A DNA stretch of 64,000 nt, taken from NCBI GenBank assembly GCA_903813345.2, contig CAIIXF020000001.1, forward strand, positions 2,356,001-2,420,000. The letters are read 5' to 3'. This stretch comes from Owenia fusiformis. Lineage: Eukaryota. The notes beneath the pieces were generated by a model. It had not been told where the DNA came from. It did no database searches and saw only the letters and a program-made list of their open reading frames with translations. This document shows, in pieces, positions 53,401 to 64,000 of the stretch. Both the position numbers and the translations under genes were made by a program. Positions within the stretch are counted from its first letter, which is position 1, and every line of letters begins with the position of its first letter.

Positions 53401-56400
53401 CCGCCAAACAAGTCGATTACTCTGAACTTTTCTCAGCTTCTGATCTTCCATCAGCCCTCAAGCAAAGTTATATGATCCAATCTATTCAATAATCTGAAGG
53501 ATAATCAGAGATTCAAAGTAACATTATTTATATTTTTTCGATCTTCGATGGCGTCTGAGCAATTTCTGGGATATCAGTGATGTCACTGGAATTGGACGGC
53601 ATTTTCAACTACAGATTTCTTCGGATTTGGGGATTATAGTTCAAAAAGCTTTGTCATATATCTTAATTACATGCATACCTATCGTTTGTGCAAATGAACT
53701 CTGCATAAATGTTTAATAGAGTCGCAGTGCGGCATTGAAAATAGCACCCCTGTGTAATCCAATGGGAAAGAACCCGGATGTAGACGAAGTTGTACCATAC
53801 ACGAGAGCTCTTCAAACGGGAGGTAGCTAAACTGAACTAAATTAAACGTTATCGCGTATTGGTATATTGGTCTAGTAGTTACACATATCCTAGTATGAGG
53901 TTGTTTTGGTTCATTTCCTCAAAGATTGCCTTCTTCCTGGGACCTTCTTCAGTTTAAATAAATAGCTTTTTTCCTGGGAAATATTCTACTTTGGACCAGT
54001 CATGTCATTGGTATGGCTGTCAAGAAGTCTTTTCAAGGTTCTTAATTAAAATTCGTAAGCTTCCAAAATCACCTACATCTTGCTACCTGCACACACTACA
54101 TACACCATCATCACATCTCATACCCAGTTCACACTTCCTCATGTCTCTACCTTTTACCTTGCTAATTATTATTCACTAGAGCAGTATGCCAAAATTCCTG
54201 TTTAAAGTTAATTACTTAATAAGTAAGCAATAAACAAAACTCAAGAATGTGTTATGATTAGCTTAATAGAATACATATCATGACATTATCCCCCTTTTTA
54301 AAAATATACTTTATGAAATAAAATATATAATATACTCATAGTAATGATATGTAAAATTACAAAAAATCTAACATATTTACAGATCAAACTTATGTCATCT
54401 ACCTGTCTACAACTACTATTACATAAGTTCTTCTTCTGATATGTAAAAATACAAAAATGACTAACATATTTACAAATCAAATGTAATCTACATGTTTACA
54501 ACTACTACTACACAAGTTATTCTTAAACTTAATAATAATCTCAAAATCTTCACACTAAATATAAGGATACAATATTAATCCTCTTAGTTTCACAATGGAA
54601 GAAGATACATTTCAAAATACTCCTCTTATGTAGTCATTTTTATGACTTCAATTACAAATACTTAGCACAATCCACTTCTATTTCTATCAGTAAATAAAGA
54701 AAATACTCTTACAACTACTTTTTATTATTTTATTATTTTTTTTTATTTACAACTTTACACTGTAACACCTATATGTATGTATGCATACCATCCTTTGTCT
54801 TATCTATATGTGTTTAGACTAATCTACTCAAAAGATCTGCTCCAATATTGTCTTTGCCATGGATGACTTGAACGGTGTATTTGTATTGCTGTAAAAACAG
54901 CGACCACCTCATGACACGAGAGTTCTTGTGTTTTGCAGATTCTAAATATAGTAATGATTGGTGATCAGTCTGAATAACAAATTCAGTTCCATAAAGGTAC
55001 TTTTGAAACTTTGTTATACCCCACACTATAGCCAAACATTCTCGTTCAACGGTGGAATAATTTCTCTCCCTTTGGCAAAGTTTTCTGCTACCATACAGAA
55101 CTGGGTGTAGTTTTTCTTCATGTTCTTGCATCAATATTCCACTAACTGCTACATCAGATGCATCCGTTCGAAGAATGAACTGTTTGTGAAAATCTGGAAG
55201 CTTTAGTATTGGTTCTGTACTTAGAATGTCTTTGACTTCTGTGAAGGCTGCATCATGTGTATTGCCCCACTTTAGTTTGTTTGGTAAACTTTTCTTTGTA
55301 AGATCAGTAAGAGGTGCTGTTATATCAGAATACCTTGGTATGAACTTCTTGTAGTATCCAACAGTACCAAGTAGTGATCTTAATTCTGTTTTGTTTGTAG
55401 GGTTCCTTGCTTTGAGCATCTTTTCAACTTTCTCATGTTGTGTTGCTAAAGTTCCTACTGCAACTCTATGGCCAATAAAGTCCATGTCATTGTATCCAAA
55501 GAAACATTTTGATGGCTTTACTGTCAGATTAGCTGCCCGTATCCTTCTAAACATCTCTCTGAGAATTTCCACATGTGTTTTCCATAATTCAGTGTGAATC
55601 AAAACATCATCGACGAAATTCTCTACATTTTCCATTCCATTTAGCAGTTTCCTCATCATTCTATTGTATGTAGCAACTGCATTGATGAGTCCAAAGGGCA
55701 TTTTAACAAAACGCATACTGCCTAGTGGTGTGTTGAATGCTGTTTTATCTCTATCTTCTTCTTTCACATAAATTTGCCAAAAACCCTTGCAAAAATCCAA
55801 CTTTGATTTGTAATGACTATTTCCAAGTTTGGCAAAGATTTCATCCTCATTTTGCATAGGTTCACAGTCAAACACTGTAACTTTGTTCAGTTTCCTGTAA
55901 TCCATCACTGGTCTTCCATCTGGACAACCTTTTTTCTTCACAAGAAACATCTGAGCACTGTATGGACTATTTGCTCTTTCAATTACCCCAAGTTCCAACA
56001 TCTCTAATATTAGGCGTTTTACAATTTCTACTGATTTGTGTGGTAGTTGAAAGGTTTGTCCCTTAACTGGTTTATCTGTTGTCAGTTTAATTTCATGTTC
56101 CACTAAAGATGTAGAGCCTGGCTTGGATGAAAAAATATCTTTGAATTCTTCTACCAATCTTTCTAACTCATCAGTATAACTGTGACATAAATCAGGATTG
56201 ATGCTCACTTCTTTGTATGTTTCTTCCTTTTCACCTAGCATTTCTTCTTGTAGTATGCAGTCATTGTTCATTTCTTCCTGCTCATCATCTTCTATAACTG
56301 AAATGTTTGCAACTGCTTCTACTCTGACATAGTACTTTTTGAGCATATTGATGTGGTATGTTTTTAAGGTTCCATCTACATCTATCTTGTAGTCAGTAGG

Positions 56401-59400
56401 GTTTACCTTTTCTTTCACAATATAAGGTCCCTTCCACTGCATTAGCAATTTGCTGTTGTCTGTTGGTAGCATAACCAAAACCTTGTCATTCGCTTCTAAT
56501 GACCTCATCTTTGCTTTCTTATCAAAATGCTGTTTGTATATTTCTTGGTTTTCACCAAGTGATTCTTTTGCTATATTGCAGGTTTCTTCTAATCTGTTTT
56601 TGAGGTCTAGCACATACTGGTATGTTGTTTTTGTTTCTTCATTTGGTTCATCTTTGCCCCAGAGCTCTTTGTCATTGGTCCTCTAACTGGCCTTCCATAG
56701 AGTAACTCAAATGGAGAGTAATTTGTACTATCTTGTGGCACTTCCCGGTATGCGAATAGAATTGGCTCTAAGTACCTATCCCAATCATTAGGTCTTTCGG
56801 CACACATCCGCTTTAACATAAGTTTCAAAGTACCATTGTATCGTTCCACAAGTCCATTGCATTGTGGATGGTATGGGGTTGTTGTGATTTGATTAATTGA
56901 TAATAATCTACCCAGTTCCTTCATCAGTTCAGACACAAATTGTGATCCCTTGTCACTCAAAATCTGCTTGGGTATCCCAACTCTAGAAAATATTTGCATG
57001 AGAGCATCAGCTACTCTCTCAGTCTCTATGGATGGTAATGCTACAGCATCAGGATACCTAGTGGCATAGTCAACACATGTTAAAATGTGTCTGTTCTTGT
57101 TTCTTGTCATGGGATTTAGCGGGCCTACTAAATCTACTGCTACTCTTTCAAATGGAACTTCAATAAGAGGCATTTTCTGAACAGGCGCCTTTTTCAACTT
57201 TCCTTTCTGTGTAGTTTTTTGACAAATACTACACGACTGAACAAATTTAGTCACATCACTGTGTATACCTGGCCAATAAAAGCTTGCTGTGATTTTGTTC
57301 ATTGTTTTCTTCGTACCTAAATGTCCTGCCATCAAAGAGTCATGAGCGAGTTTCATTACAGTATCTCTCAGTACACTAGGAACTACTAATTGCTTTATTT
57401 CATTGTTATCATTCACTTTTGGAGATGAATAGTATCTGTAGAGAACATTATTCTCTATTTCAAATCTGTATCTGCTTTTTCCAGGAGTACATTTTACATT
57501 CTCTTCTTGAGCATATTCTCGAAATTTATCTAAACTTCTATCATCATTCTGTGTTTGTAAGAATTGCTCAGGCGATATTATCTTGTTTATATAACCAGGC
57601 ACCTTAAGCGGTCTCAGTGGTTTTTCACCTTTTGTTTTCATTGCTCTTGTTTCAACTGCACATGCTGGGATACAACTTTGTGTTTTAATTTCTTCTGTTT
57701 GGTTCATTGAAAGGGGCTCCTTGTTTCTCATTTCAGCACCGTCAACATTGCCTATAATAAGATCGCAGATTGGATTTGGAAGGCACAATGCTTCTACAAT
57801 ACCTGAAAGAAATGGAGTATCTATGCAAATCTTAGCTGTTGGTGCTTTTTTAATTGTTCTATCAATCATAAGATAATGTTTGTATTTTCCAGTGAACTGA
57901 TTTGGTGCAACTAGGCTTTGATTGACTACTACCCCACTACACCCAGTATCTCTCAATACATTTACATATGATTCTCCTACTTTTCCTTCCTGTATATTCA
58001 GGTTTTCTGGTAAAAAGGAAATTGTATCACTACATGACCCTATGATAATGTTACAACCACTATGATTTTCTATAACCTGAACAGCAGCACAAATTTCATC
58101 TTCGTCGCTTGCATATGTCATTTGGTTGTTTACATCATCATCTTCTATACAGGCCATTGCAACAGCTTTTTGTGTTGATTCTTTAGGACAATCTTTTATC
58201 ATATGCCCTTTGCCATTACAACCAAAACATATTCTTTCATTCACTTCTACCCACTTTTTCTCATCTGTTTTCTTTGTAAGATCATTTTTGGGTTTATTCG
58301 AAGATAATATCTTTGGTCTCATAGCTTGTAAACCATGTGCTGTAGTAAAGCGCTCTGATAATTGGACTACTTGATCAGCTGACACTGTATCATGTTCCCT
58401 TAAAAACATTCGCATTTCCCTACTACAAGCTGCCATGTACTGCTCTCGAAGTAGAAGATCTTTTAAGGCATCAAATGTTTTCTCGGTTTTTGCTAATTCC
58501 ATCCATCTTGAAAGATATCTTTCTAATCTACACATGAACTGGGTCGGTGACTCCTTCAGTTCAGGATGACTAGTGAAAAACTTTTTGCGGAAACCGCTTT
58601 CAGTCATTTGATAACATTTAAGGAGTGCTTCCTTGAGCTTTTCATAATCATCACCAACTAACTGATTTGTTCTATTGTAAACATTGAGTGTTTCACCAGA
58701 TAAAAGGTTTCCCAAATACATACAATAGTTTTCTTGTGGCCAGTTTTGACTAATTGCATACCTTTCCATTCTTTCCAAATATGCATCCATACTATCTTTC
58801 TCCTCATTAAAAGGTGGCATTTTCGGTGCCTTGGGAATTTGTTTTGATTGTGATAACGCTGTTGTTTTAGTTTCCTCGATTCTGAGTTGAAGTTCTAGTT
58901 CAACTCTTCTTGCTTCTGCTTGCATCTTTGTCATTTCTAGCTCATGTTTCATTTTCTCTGATTCAGCTTTTCTGCATCTTTCTTCATGTCTCGCATCTCT
59001 TTCTATTTTGTCCTCTTCGATTTGCTTAGCTTCTTTATATTTCAGTTCTGCAAAGTCAGCTAGGCTCTTTCCTGTATAGCCAAGTTCCTTGCCAAGTTCA
59101 ATCAAATTTATGTATTTCTCTGCCATTTTGCTTAAATAAGACTACGTACGTTTGATCTCTTTATCCTAACATAAATTTTTAATTTACACCAAAACTACTA
59201 TTTTTCGGTTAGAAGTAATGAAGTAAAATTAATGATCAATTGTGAGCATTTTCAACTTGTTTTAAATTAAAGCTATAGTAAACCAATGAAATATGCTCAG
59301 ATTTTTCTTTTTAAAATTGCAAATGTGCTTATGAGCACCACTTATCCAAAAATTGGGCAATTAGAGTGTAGCATGGACTAAAAATGCTGATATAAATACT

Positions 59401-62400
59401 GTATTGATATAAGAAGTAATTTTGATTAATAAGATCCTGTGATCTAGATATTGGGAACCTTTTTAGTTAAATGTGACTAAACTTGTTACACAAAAACGTT
59501 GGTTTCTGTAACAAAGGAATCTTGTGAGCAATGATATGTAGACTAATACAGTGCTCTGTAATTTAAGAAAAGTGGAAATTAGTGCACTAGTGATATTCCT
59601 GTACAAGGAAAATAAGAAAAAATGGTTGGGCAATTAGAGACCAAAAGATATTGTAAACCACAATATTTGGACAAACAAATTAGACCAAGTGCTCAATAAT
59701 TTTGGGAAAGTAGGACTTTGAGCACTAGAAATAAAACAGAGATAAAGGTTCCTGTACCTGAAATATAAAAGAAAAAAAAATTGTACAGAATGAGGACTAA
59801 TAAATATTGTCAACGACAATATTTATACTAACCAATGAGATTGAGTGCTCTACAATTTTGGGAAAGTGGGACTAAGCACTCGAAATAAAACAGAGATAAA
59901 GGTTCCTGTACCTGAAATATAAACAAAAAAAATGTATGGAATGGGAACCAATAGATATAGTAAACGACGAAAAAAAAATATGGGGAATTGGAATTAATGA
60001 ATATTGTCAACGACAATATTAAGGGAAGAGGAACAAATAAATATTGTCAACGACAATATTTAAAACAACAGCAAAAATCTTAGTGTTCACTAATTATAAT
60101 CGGATTGGCGAAGTTGTGCACTTCATGTGAAAAGGATATTCTGTTTTTCCAAAAATTGAATCACTGCTAGATAATATATACTAAGACACTTTTCCGACTA
60201 TACTACTACTAAGTACTACTACTACTACTACTACTAATGTACCTACAAGATAGTAGGTGATTATAGAACTTAAAGCTAGCAAATTCACATGTACACACTA
60301 GAACAGTAAGAAGGAACATACAATTACTTTAATAGAAGAGTAAGTACATACTTGATGTTTTCTTATTTGCCATCTTTAACTTGATCTTAGCTATTGTACG
60401 GACGAGCCCCCAGTTGTCAAGAAGTCTTTTCAAGGTTCTTAATTAAAATTCGTAAGCTTCCAAAATCACCTACATCTTGCTACCTGCACACACTACATAC
60501 ACCATCATCACATCTCATACCCAGTTCACACTTCCTCATGTCTCTACCTTTTACCTTGCTAATTATTATTCACTAGAGCAGTATGCCAAAATTCCTGTTT
60601 AAAGTTAATTACTTAATAAGTAAGCAATAAACAAAACTCAAGAATGTGTTATGATTAGCTTAATAGAATACATATCATGACAATGGCATTGGTCCTATAT
60701 TTTGACATTTGGTATGGCATTGGTTTCATATTTGGGCATTTGGTATAGCTTTTGGGCACTATATCAGTTGGTATGGGAACACATCCAAATTTGACATTTT
60801 GGTATGGGAATATATTGATATCTGAGGGTTCAGCCTAGGACCCCCGCCAAATTTTGTACACAGTGAACCCCCCGGGCTCTATCTTTACTGATTGGCAGTC
60901 AGTGTCTGTAATAATTGTTACACTTTTATGAAGTGTAGAAACAGTTAGACTAATTTCTAAATATCTTCAGATTAACTGCAAATACTGTCAACACGTATAC
61001 ATGTTTTACTATGAATTATTTGTCTGTGTTTACAGAACAAGGATTGCCCATCCTGCTTCATCTTGGTTGGATGATTACTTTGACTGGCTGGCACCTGGTG
61101 GTAACCCTCAATGTTGCAGACAGTTCACTAACAAATCATTCTGTCCAGCAACAGGTGTGTTCAGTTCTTTATTAGGGATTGGGTCGATAAATTAGGAATC
61201 ATTATCTAATTGTTGACGTGGTGTGATGTGACTATCTGAAAAACAACCCCTTTGAATCTAGTTTGTTTAAATATTCTGAAATCACTCCAACAATTCTTAA
61301 TTTGATCATAAATTAAATCATTATGGTAGGGCTTAACTAATATTTGTTGTTATTTGCAGTGCCCCTGACTGGTGAGAAATGTACCAATTGCCCTGTACAC
61401 TACTCTGGAGGGAGACCAGATTCTAAGGATTTCATACCTTTCCTGCCATTCTTCCTTAAGGATAACCCAGGGATAAAATGTGCAAAGGGGTATGTCAGTT
61501 GTTTGGTTGTAGTATGATTTATCATGATGAGATTTTGTATAAGATGTAGTCAATCGCTTAATTGCCACCAGCGTTATGTTTCATTAAAAATTTACTGTGA
61601 AATCTGGAAGTGTGCAATTATAAACGAAACATGTACAAATGTCTAGAGAAGCAATACTTTTGCTCACATAGTACCATTTTATTCATTTTATGGCCTAGTC
61701 ACATAGCCCGGCCGATGAGGTTACGATGAGCCAGCGATGCAATTTTCACCGAACTCGGCCGAACACCGGCCGGACATCCTTGGCGTTTGTTGCTTAAAAC
61801 CGCATCGGTGGTAGCTCGGTGAAATTTTAACTTCGGAGTTAAATTTCACCGGGCTCTCACCGAGCTCCCTCATCATGTCATCGCAGCCCCATCGTAACCA
61901 CATCGGAAAACACGTCGGCCGGTGCACGGCCGAGTATCGGCCGGTGTCCCGTGCATCTGAGACAACCAGAGGACAAGGTTTTTTAACGGACAGCGGCCGA
62001 GCTCCGACCGAGCTCCGGCCGATGTGGGACAGAGCATCGGCCAGTCACTGTTCAAAGCCCGTTAACAACCCGGCCGGCGATCGCACGGTGTCCTGTTACC
62101 TGCTCGGGTACCGGCCGTATTCCTTCCGATGTCCGGCCGACCTCCGGCCGGTAGTTGCTGCCACATCGGCAGAAAAAAACTACCATTTTGAGACAGACTC
62201 CGTACGGTCACCAGCCGGTGTTCGGTCGGTCGCCTGAAGATGTCCGGACGGAGTCCGTTCACGTCACCGAGCTCTGCTTCCGATGAGGAGAGCTCGGTGG
62301 CACCAAAAAAATCCACCGAGCTCTACCGATGCCGGACATCGGCCGGGCTATGTGACTAGGCCATTAATCTTCACTTTTCCAGAGGCCATGCAGCCTACGG

Positions 62401-64000
62401 GACTGCCGTAGACCTGAAAACAAATGACACCCAAATAAACAGCACAAATTCAAGTACAACTTCCATAGGAGCAACATATTTCATGACCTACCACAGTATA
62501 CTGAAAAACTCAACAGACTATATAGAGGCATTGAAATATGCTAGGAAGATCTCAGATAACATAACAGCTAGTATATTAGCTGAAAGACACAACAATATTC
62601 CTCCAGGGGAACCAGGCCATTATTCTAATATGAGTGTTACTGATAAAACATACAAGGTGTTTCCTTACAGGTGAGTACTTACTTTCTTACAATATACAGA
62701 GTGGGCCAAAAATAACCACCCAAGAAAAACTTAGGGACTCAATTGTTTGTAGCTAATATTTAAGTAATATAGACAGAAGAGCCGGGGTGATATTGTCAAA
62801 TACACCCCGCAGGCAGGGCTAGTCACAAACGTTTTCTGTACCCTAATGACCGAAGGGAGTGAGGTGTTCGAAAACTTTTGTGCCTAGCCCTAAGGGGTGT
62901 ATTCGACAATATTACCCCTGATCTTAGGTCTATATTACGATTCGAACATGAAAACTCACCAAAATGTTTCGAATATTCATTATGGTTCCCAACTTCGACG
63001 ACCCGCTGTTATGACGTCACACATTACACGTATTACCAGGGGTATTCTTCGCGAATATACCCTGGGTGAAATGTTGACTTTGTTTACAGTTTATAGAAGG
63101 CGTGAATACAGTCATGTTCGAATGTTGTTTATATCATATCCCTGTCAGAATGCTCTTATTTGGTGCTTTGCTTAATGATCTTCAGAACTTTTTCGCTTGT
63201 AATTTCATGGGAGTTGAATAAGAGGGTCTACAAATGGGTTGGAACTGATTCCAACTGAGTTTCCTCTTGATTTGCTCTCATTTTAACATGATAAATAACC
63301 CAAATGTTCACAAAATAAATTAGTAACAGTCATGTTTTATAATGTGATATATTTAAATAATTTTTGTATTTTATTTCCAGTATCTTCTATGTATTCTATG
63401 AGCAGTACCTTACCATTGTACATGAGACCATAATCAACTTGAGTACATGTATTGGCTCCATCTTTGCCATCTCATTCATCTGCCTGGGCTTAGATAGGTA
63501 TTCAGCAATAATCATCACCTTTGTGATTGGTATGATACTGTTGTCTATGTTTGGCTTGATGTTCCTGTGGAATATCTCTCTGAATGCGATATCACTCGTC
63601 AACTTGGTCATGGTGAGTTGATGATGTTTATTTGTTAAACATTATATTAGAAATAGGATGTTATTCTTATATCGAAATTGATTTGAAAGCAGATTATTTA
63701 AAGTGGAATAAAGTTACTTGAAGATACGAAGTGTGATTTACAGAATTAAATCCTTTGCAAAGGGCTGTGCAAAAGTCAGTCCATCCCAGTGAACAGATAG
63801 TACTACAAATATCAAATATTGATGTTAGGACATAGGGTTTTCAAAGATATTGTAACAGTCTATATTATATTATGTCAAAACTGTACCAGGAATGATTTTA
63901 TTTTTTCAAATGCTATATATCTGTTTTTTGCAGTGTGTTGGTATATCAGTCGAGTTCTGTTCACATATAGTTCGAGCATTTGCGATCAGTGTGCATGAAA
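38420..64000 (+). CDS. NPC1: NPC1 intracellular cholesterol transporter, copy B (truncated by right window edge)
   Basis: Exons 38420-38503 (signal-peptide-like), 41041-41218, 41433-41812, 43003-43306, 43526-43853, 47179-47308, 47609-47847, 48233-48339, 49044-49219, 49484-49612, 50116-50298, 50559-50673, 51040-51167, 52035-52172, 52449-52538, 52728-52915, 61036-61154, 61360-61489, 62383-62670, 63381-63612, 63934->64000. All are GT-AG and join into one open frame. N-terminal domain [39 protein letters not shown] with VLAVGVDN. Confidence 0.95.
39340..39635 (-). mobile_element. tRNA-derived SINE (Meta-SINE-like core)
   Basis: Minus strand reads TAGCTCAGCGTTAGC...TTCGATCCCTGG (A/B boxes), then AAAGGCTGTGGTGTGTAC...GGGTGCACATAAAAGAAC, resembling from memory the Meta-SINE central domain, and a short-repeat tail. 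Confidence 0.55.
41872..42735 (-). repeat. Inverted, truncated copy of the internal region (~1085-1962) of the 550-2170 element
   Basis: Reverse-complement similarity throughout; the spurious ORFs at 1023/42511 and 1851/41795 are near-identical. Confidence 0.85.
44415..44731. mobile_element. Tc1/mariner-type MITE
   Basis: TA|CAGGGTGACACAATAAATGCCA ... TGGCATTTCTTGTGTCACCCTG|TA. Confidence 0.8.
44743..45808. mobile_element. MITE with ~180-bp TIRs and TAG...CTA termini (Academ-like ends)
   Basis: TAGTAGCCGAGACAACACAAGTCCCAAGTCTGTATTTTTAC... / ...GTAAAAATACAGACTTGGGACTTGTGTTGTCTCAGCTACTA. TSD not clear. Confidence 0.8.
49554..49756 (+). repeat. 101-bp tandem duplication of an NPC1 exon 3' end plus 5' splice site
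   Basis: TCATGTTTGTGTATGT..CTG|GTGAGTATTAGCATACAATG occurs twice; donors after 49612 and 49713. Confidence 0.9.
54814..56670 (-). CDS. Gmr1-like polyprotein part 2: integrase C-terminus (GPY), reverse transcriptase, RNase H
   Basis: [64 protein letters not shown]. Confidence 0.9.
   Translation of the reverse strand, partial: KELWGKDEPNEETKTTYQYVLDLKNRLEETCNIAKESLGENQEIYKQHFDKKAKMRSLEANDKVLVMLPTDNSKLLMQWKGPYIVKEKVNPTDYKIDVDGTLKTYHINMLKKYYVRVEAVANISVIEDDEQEEMNNDCILQEEMLGEKEETYKEVSINPDLCHSYTDELERLVEEFKDIFSSKPGSTSLVEHEIKLTTDKPVKGQTFQLPHKSVEIVKRLILEMLELGVIERANSPYSAQMFLVKKKGCPDGRPVMDYRKLNKVTVFDCEPMQNEDEIFAKLGNSHYKSKLDFCKGFWQIYVKEEDRDKTAFNTPLGSMRFVKMPFGLINAVATYNRMMRKLLNGMENVENFVDDVLIHTELWKTHVEILREMFRRIRAANLTVKPSKCFFGYNDMDFIGHRVAVGTLATQHEKVEKMLKARNPTNKTELRSLLGTVGYYKKFIPRYSDITAPLTDLTKKSLPNKLKWGNTHDAAFTEVKDILSTEPILKLPDFHKQFILRTDASDVAVSGILMQEHEEKLHPVLYGSRKLCQRERNYSTVERECLAIVWGITKFQKYLYGTEFVIQTDHQSLLYLESAKHKNSRVMRWSLFLQQYKYTVQVIHGKDNIGADLLSRLV
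56607..59126 (-). CDS. Gmr1-like polyprotein part 1: Gag (SCAN-like capsid CTD, CCHC), protease, integrase
   Basis: [46 protein letters not shown] (H2C2), [21 protein letters not shown] (DDE). The frame breaks near 56670. Confidence 0.9.
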   Translation of the reverse strand: MAEKYINLIELGKELGYTGKSLADFAELKYKEAKQIEEDKIERDARHEERCRKAESEKMKHELEMTKMQAEARRVELELQLRIEETKTTALSQSKQIPKAPKMPPFNEEKDSMDAYLERMERYAISQNWPQENYCMYLGNLLSGETLNVYNRTNQLVGDDYEKLKEALLKCYQMTESGFRKKFFTSHPELKESPTQFMCRLERYLSRWMELAKTEKTFDALKDLLLREQYMAACSREMRMFLREHDTVSADQVVQLSERFTTAHGLQAMRPKILSSNKPKNDLTKKTDEKKWVEVNERICFGCNGKGHMIKDCPKESTQKAVAMACIEDDDVNNQMTYASDEDEICAAVQVIENHSGCNIIIGSCSDTISFLPENLNIQEGKVGESYVNVLRDTGCSGVVVNQSLVAPNQFTGKYKHYLMIDRTIKKAPTAKICIDTPFLSGIVEALCLPNPICDLIIGNVDGAEMRNKEPLSMNQTEEIKTQSCIPACAVETRAMKTKGEKPLRPLKVPGYINKIISPEQFLQTQNDDRSLDKFREYAQEENVKCTPGKSRYRFEIENNVLYRYYSSPKVNDNNEIKQLVVPSVLRDTVMKLAHDSLMAGHLGTKKTMNKITASFYWPGIHSDVTKFVQSCSICQKTTQKGKLKKAPVQKMPLIEVPFERVAVDLVGPLNPMTRNKNRHILTCVDYATRYPDAVALPSIETERVADALMQIFSRVGIPKQILSDKGSQFVSELMKELGRLLSINQITTTPYHPQCNGLVERYNGTLKLMLKRMCAERPNDWDRYLEPILFAYREVPQDSTNYSPFELLYGRPVRGPMTKSSGAKMNQMKKQKQHTSMC
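61691..62363. mobile_element. GC-rich PIF/Harbinger-type MITE
   Basis: Perfect 27-bp TIR TGGCCTAGTCACATAGCCCGGCCGATG; TTA TSD; single TTA at the empty site in copy A (~25609). Confidence 0.85.

Larger units (their letters stand above)
54018..60682 (-). mobile_element. Gmr1-like Gypsy LTR retrotransposon (Gag-PR-INT-RT-RH order)
   Basis: Identical 268-bp LTRs 54018-54285 and 60415-60682 (TG...CA). 5-bp TSD ATGGC. PBS TGGGGGCTCGTCCG (tRNA-Pro; 60412-60399). PPT at ~54286-54300. Confidence 0.95.
53104..60876. mobile_element. Non-autonomous DNA transposon (MITE, ~8-bp TSD) split by the Gmr1-like insertion
   Basis: TIRs CCCGGGGGGTTCACTGT / ACAGTGAACCCCCCGGG. Flanks CTCTAACT / CTCTATCT. A single CTCCATCT sits at the homologous empty site in copy A (16515-16522). 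Confidence 0.75.

Noticed and set aside
54018-60682. Gmr1-like element as the helper for the Gag-protease-only element
   Set aside because: Different PBS (Pro vs Leu), TSD length (5 vs 4 bp), LTR sequence and Gag type; it is also frameshifted.

Overview
Eukaryotic, AT-rich invertebrate DNA; the repeat content suggests a mollusc or other lophotrochozoan, which is an inference. The window holds two tandem NPC1 (Niemann-Pick C1 sterol transporter) paralogues on the + strand. Copy A (3880-~30342) shows only its 3' half and is diverged and packed with transposons. Copy B starts at ATG 38420, runs off the right edge and is conserved. Between them lies a complete 5-exon penta-EF-hand gene (peflin/PDCD6-like, - strand, 230 aa), head-to-head with copy B. 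The introns carry two young LTR retroelements: a 7.2-kb element with 1984-bp LTRs whose single intact ORF encodes Gag and protease only (no RT/RNaseH/integrase), and a Gmr1-type Gypsy (PR-INT-RT-RH order) nested in a MITE. Many MITEs, Helentron-type (HINE/pearl-like) elements and a tRNA-derived SINE are also present. The most unusual observations are: (i) a 90-bp satellite built from an NPC1 intron/exon junction, giving 19 stop-containing decoy 3' splice sites ahead of the real exon; (ii) the Gag-protease-only LTR element; (iii) duplicated terminal exons of NPC1 copy A carrying different lysosomal sorting motifs. All coordinates were read by eye, with no database searches.
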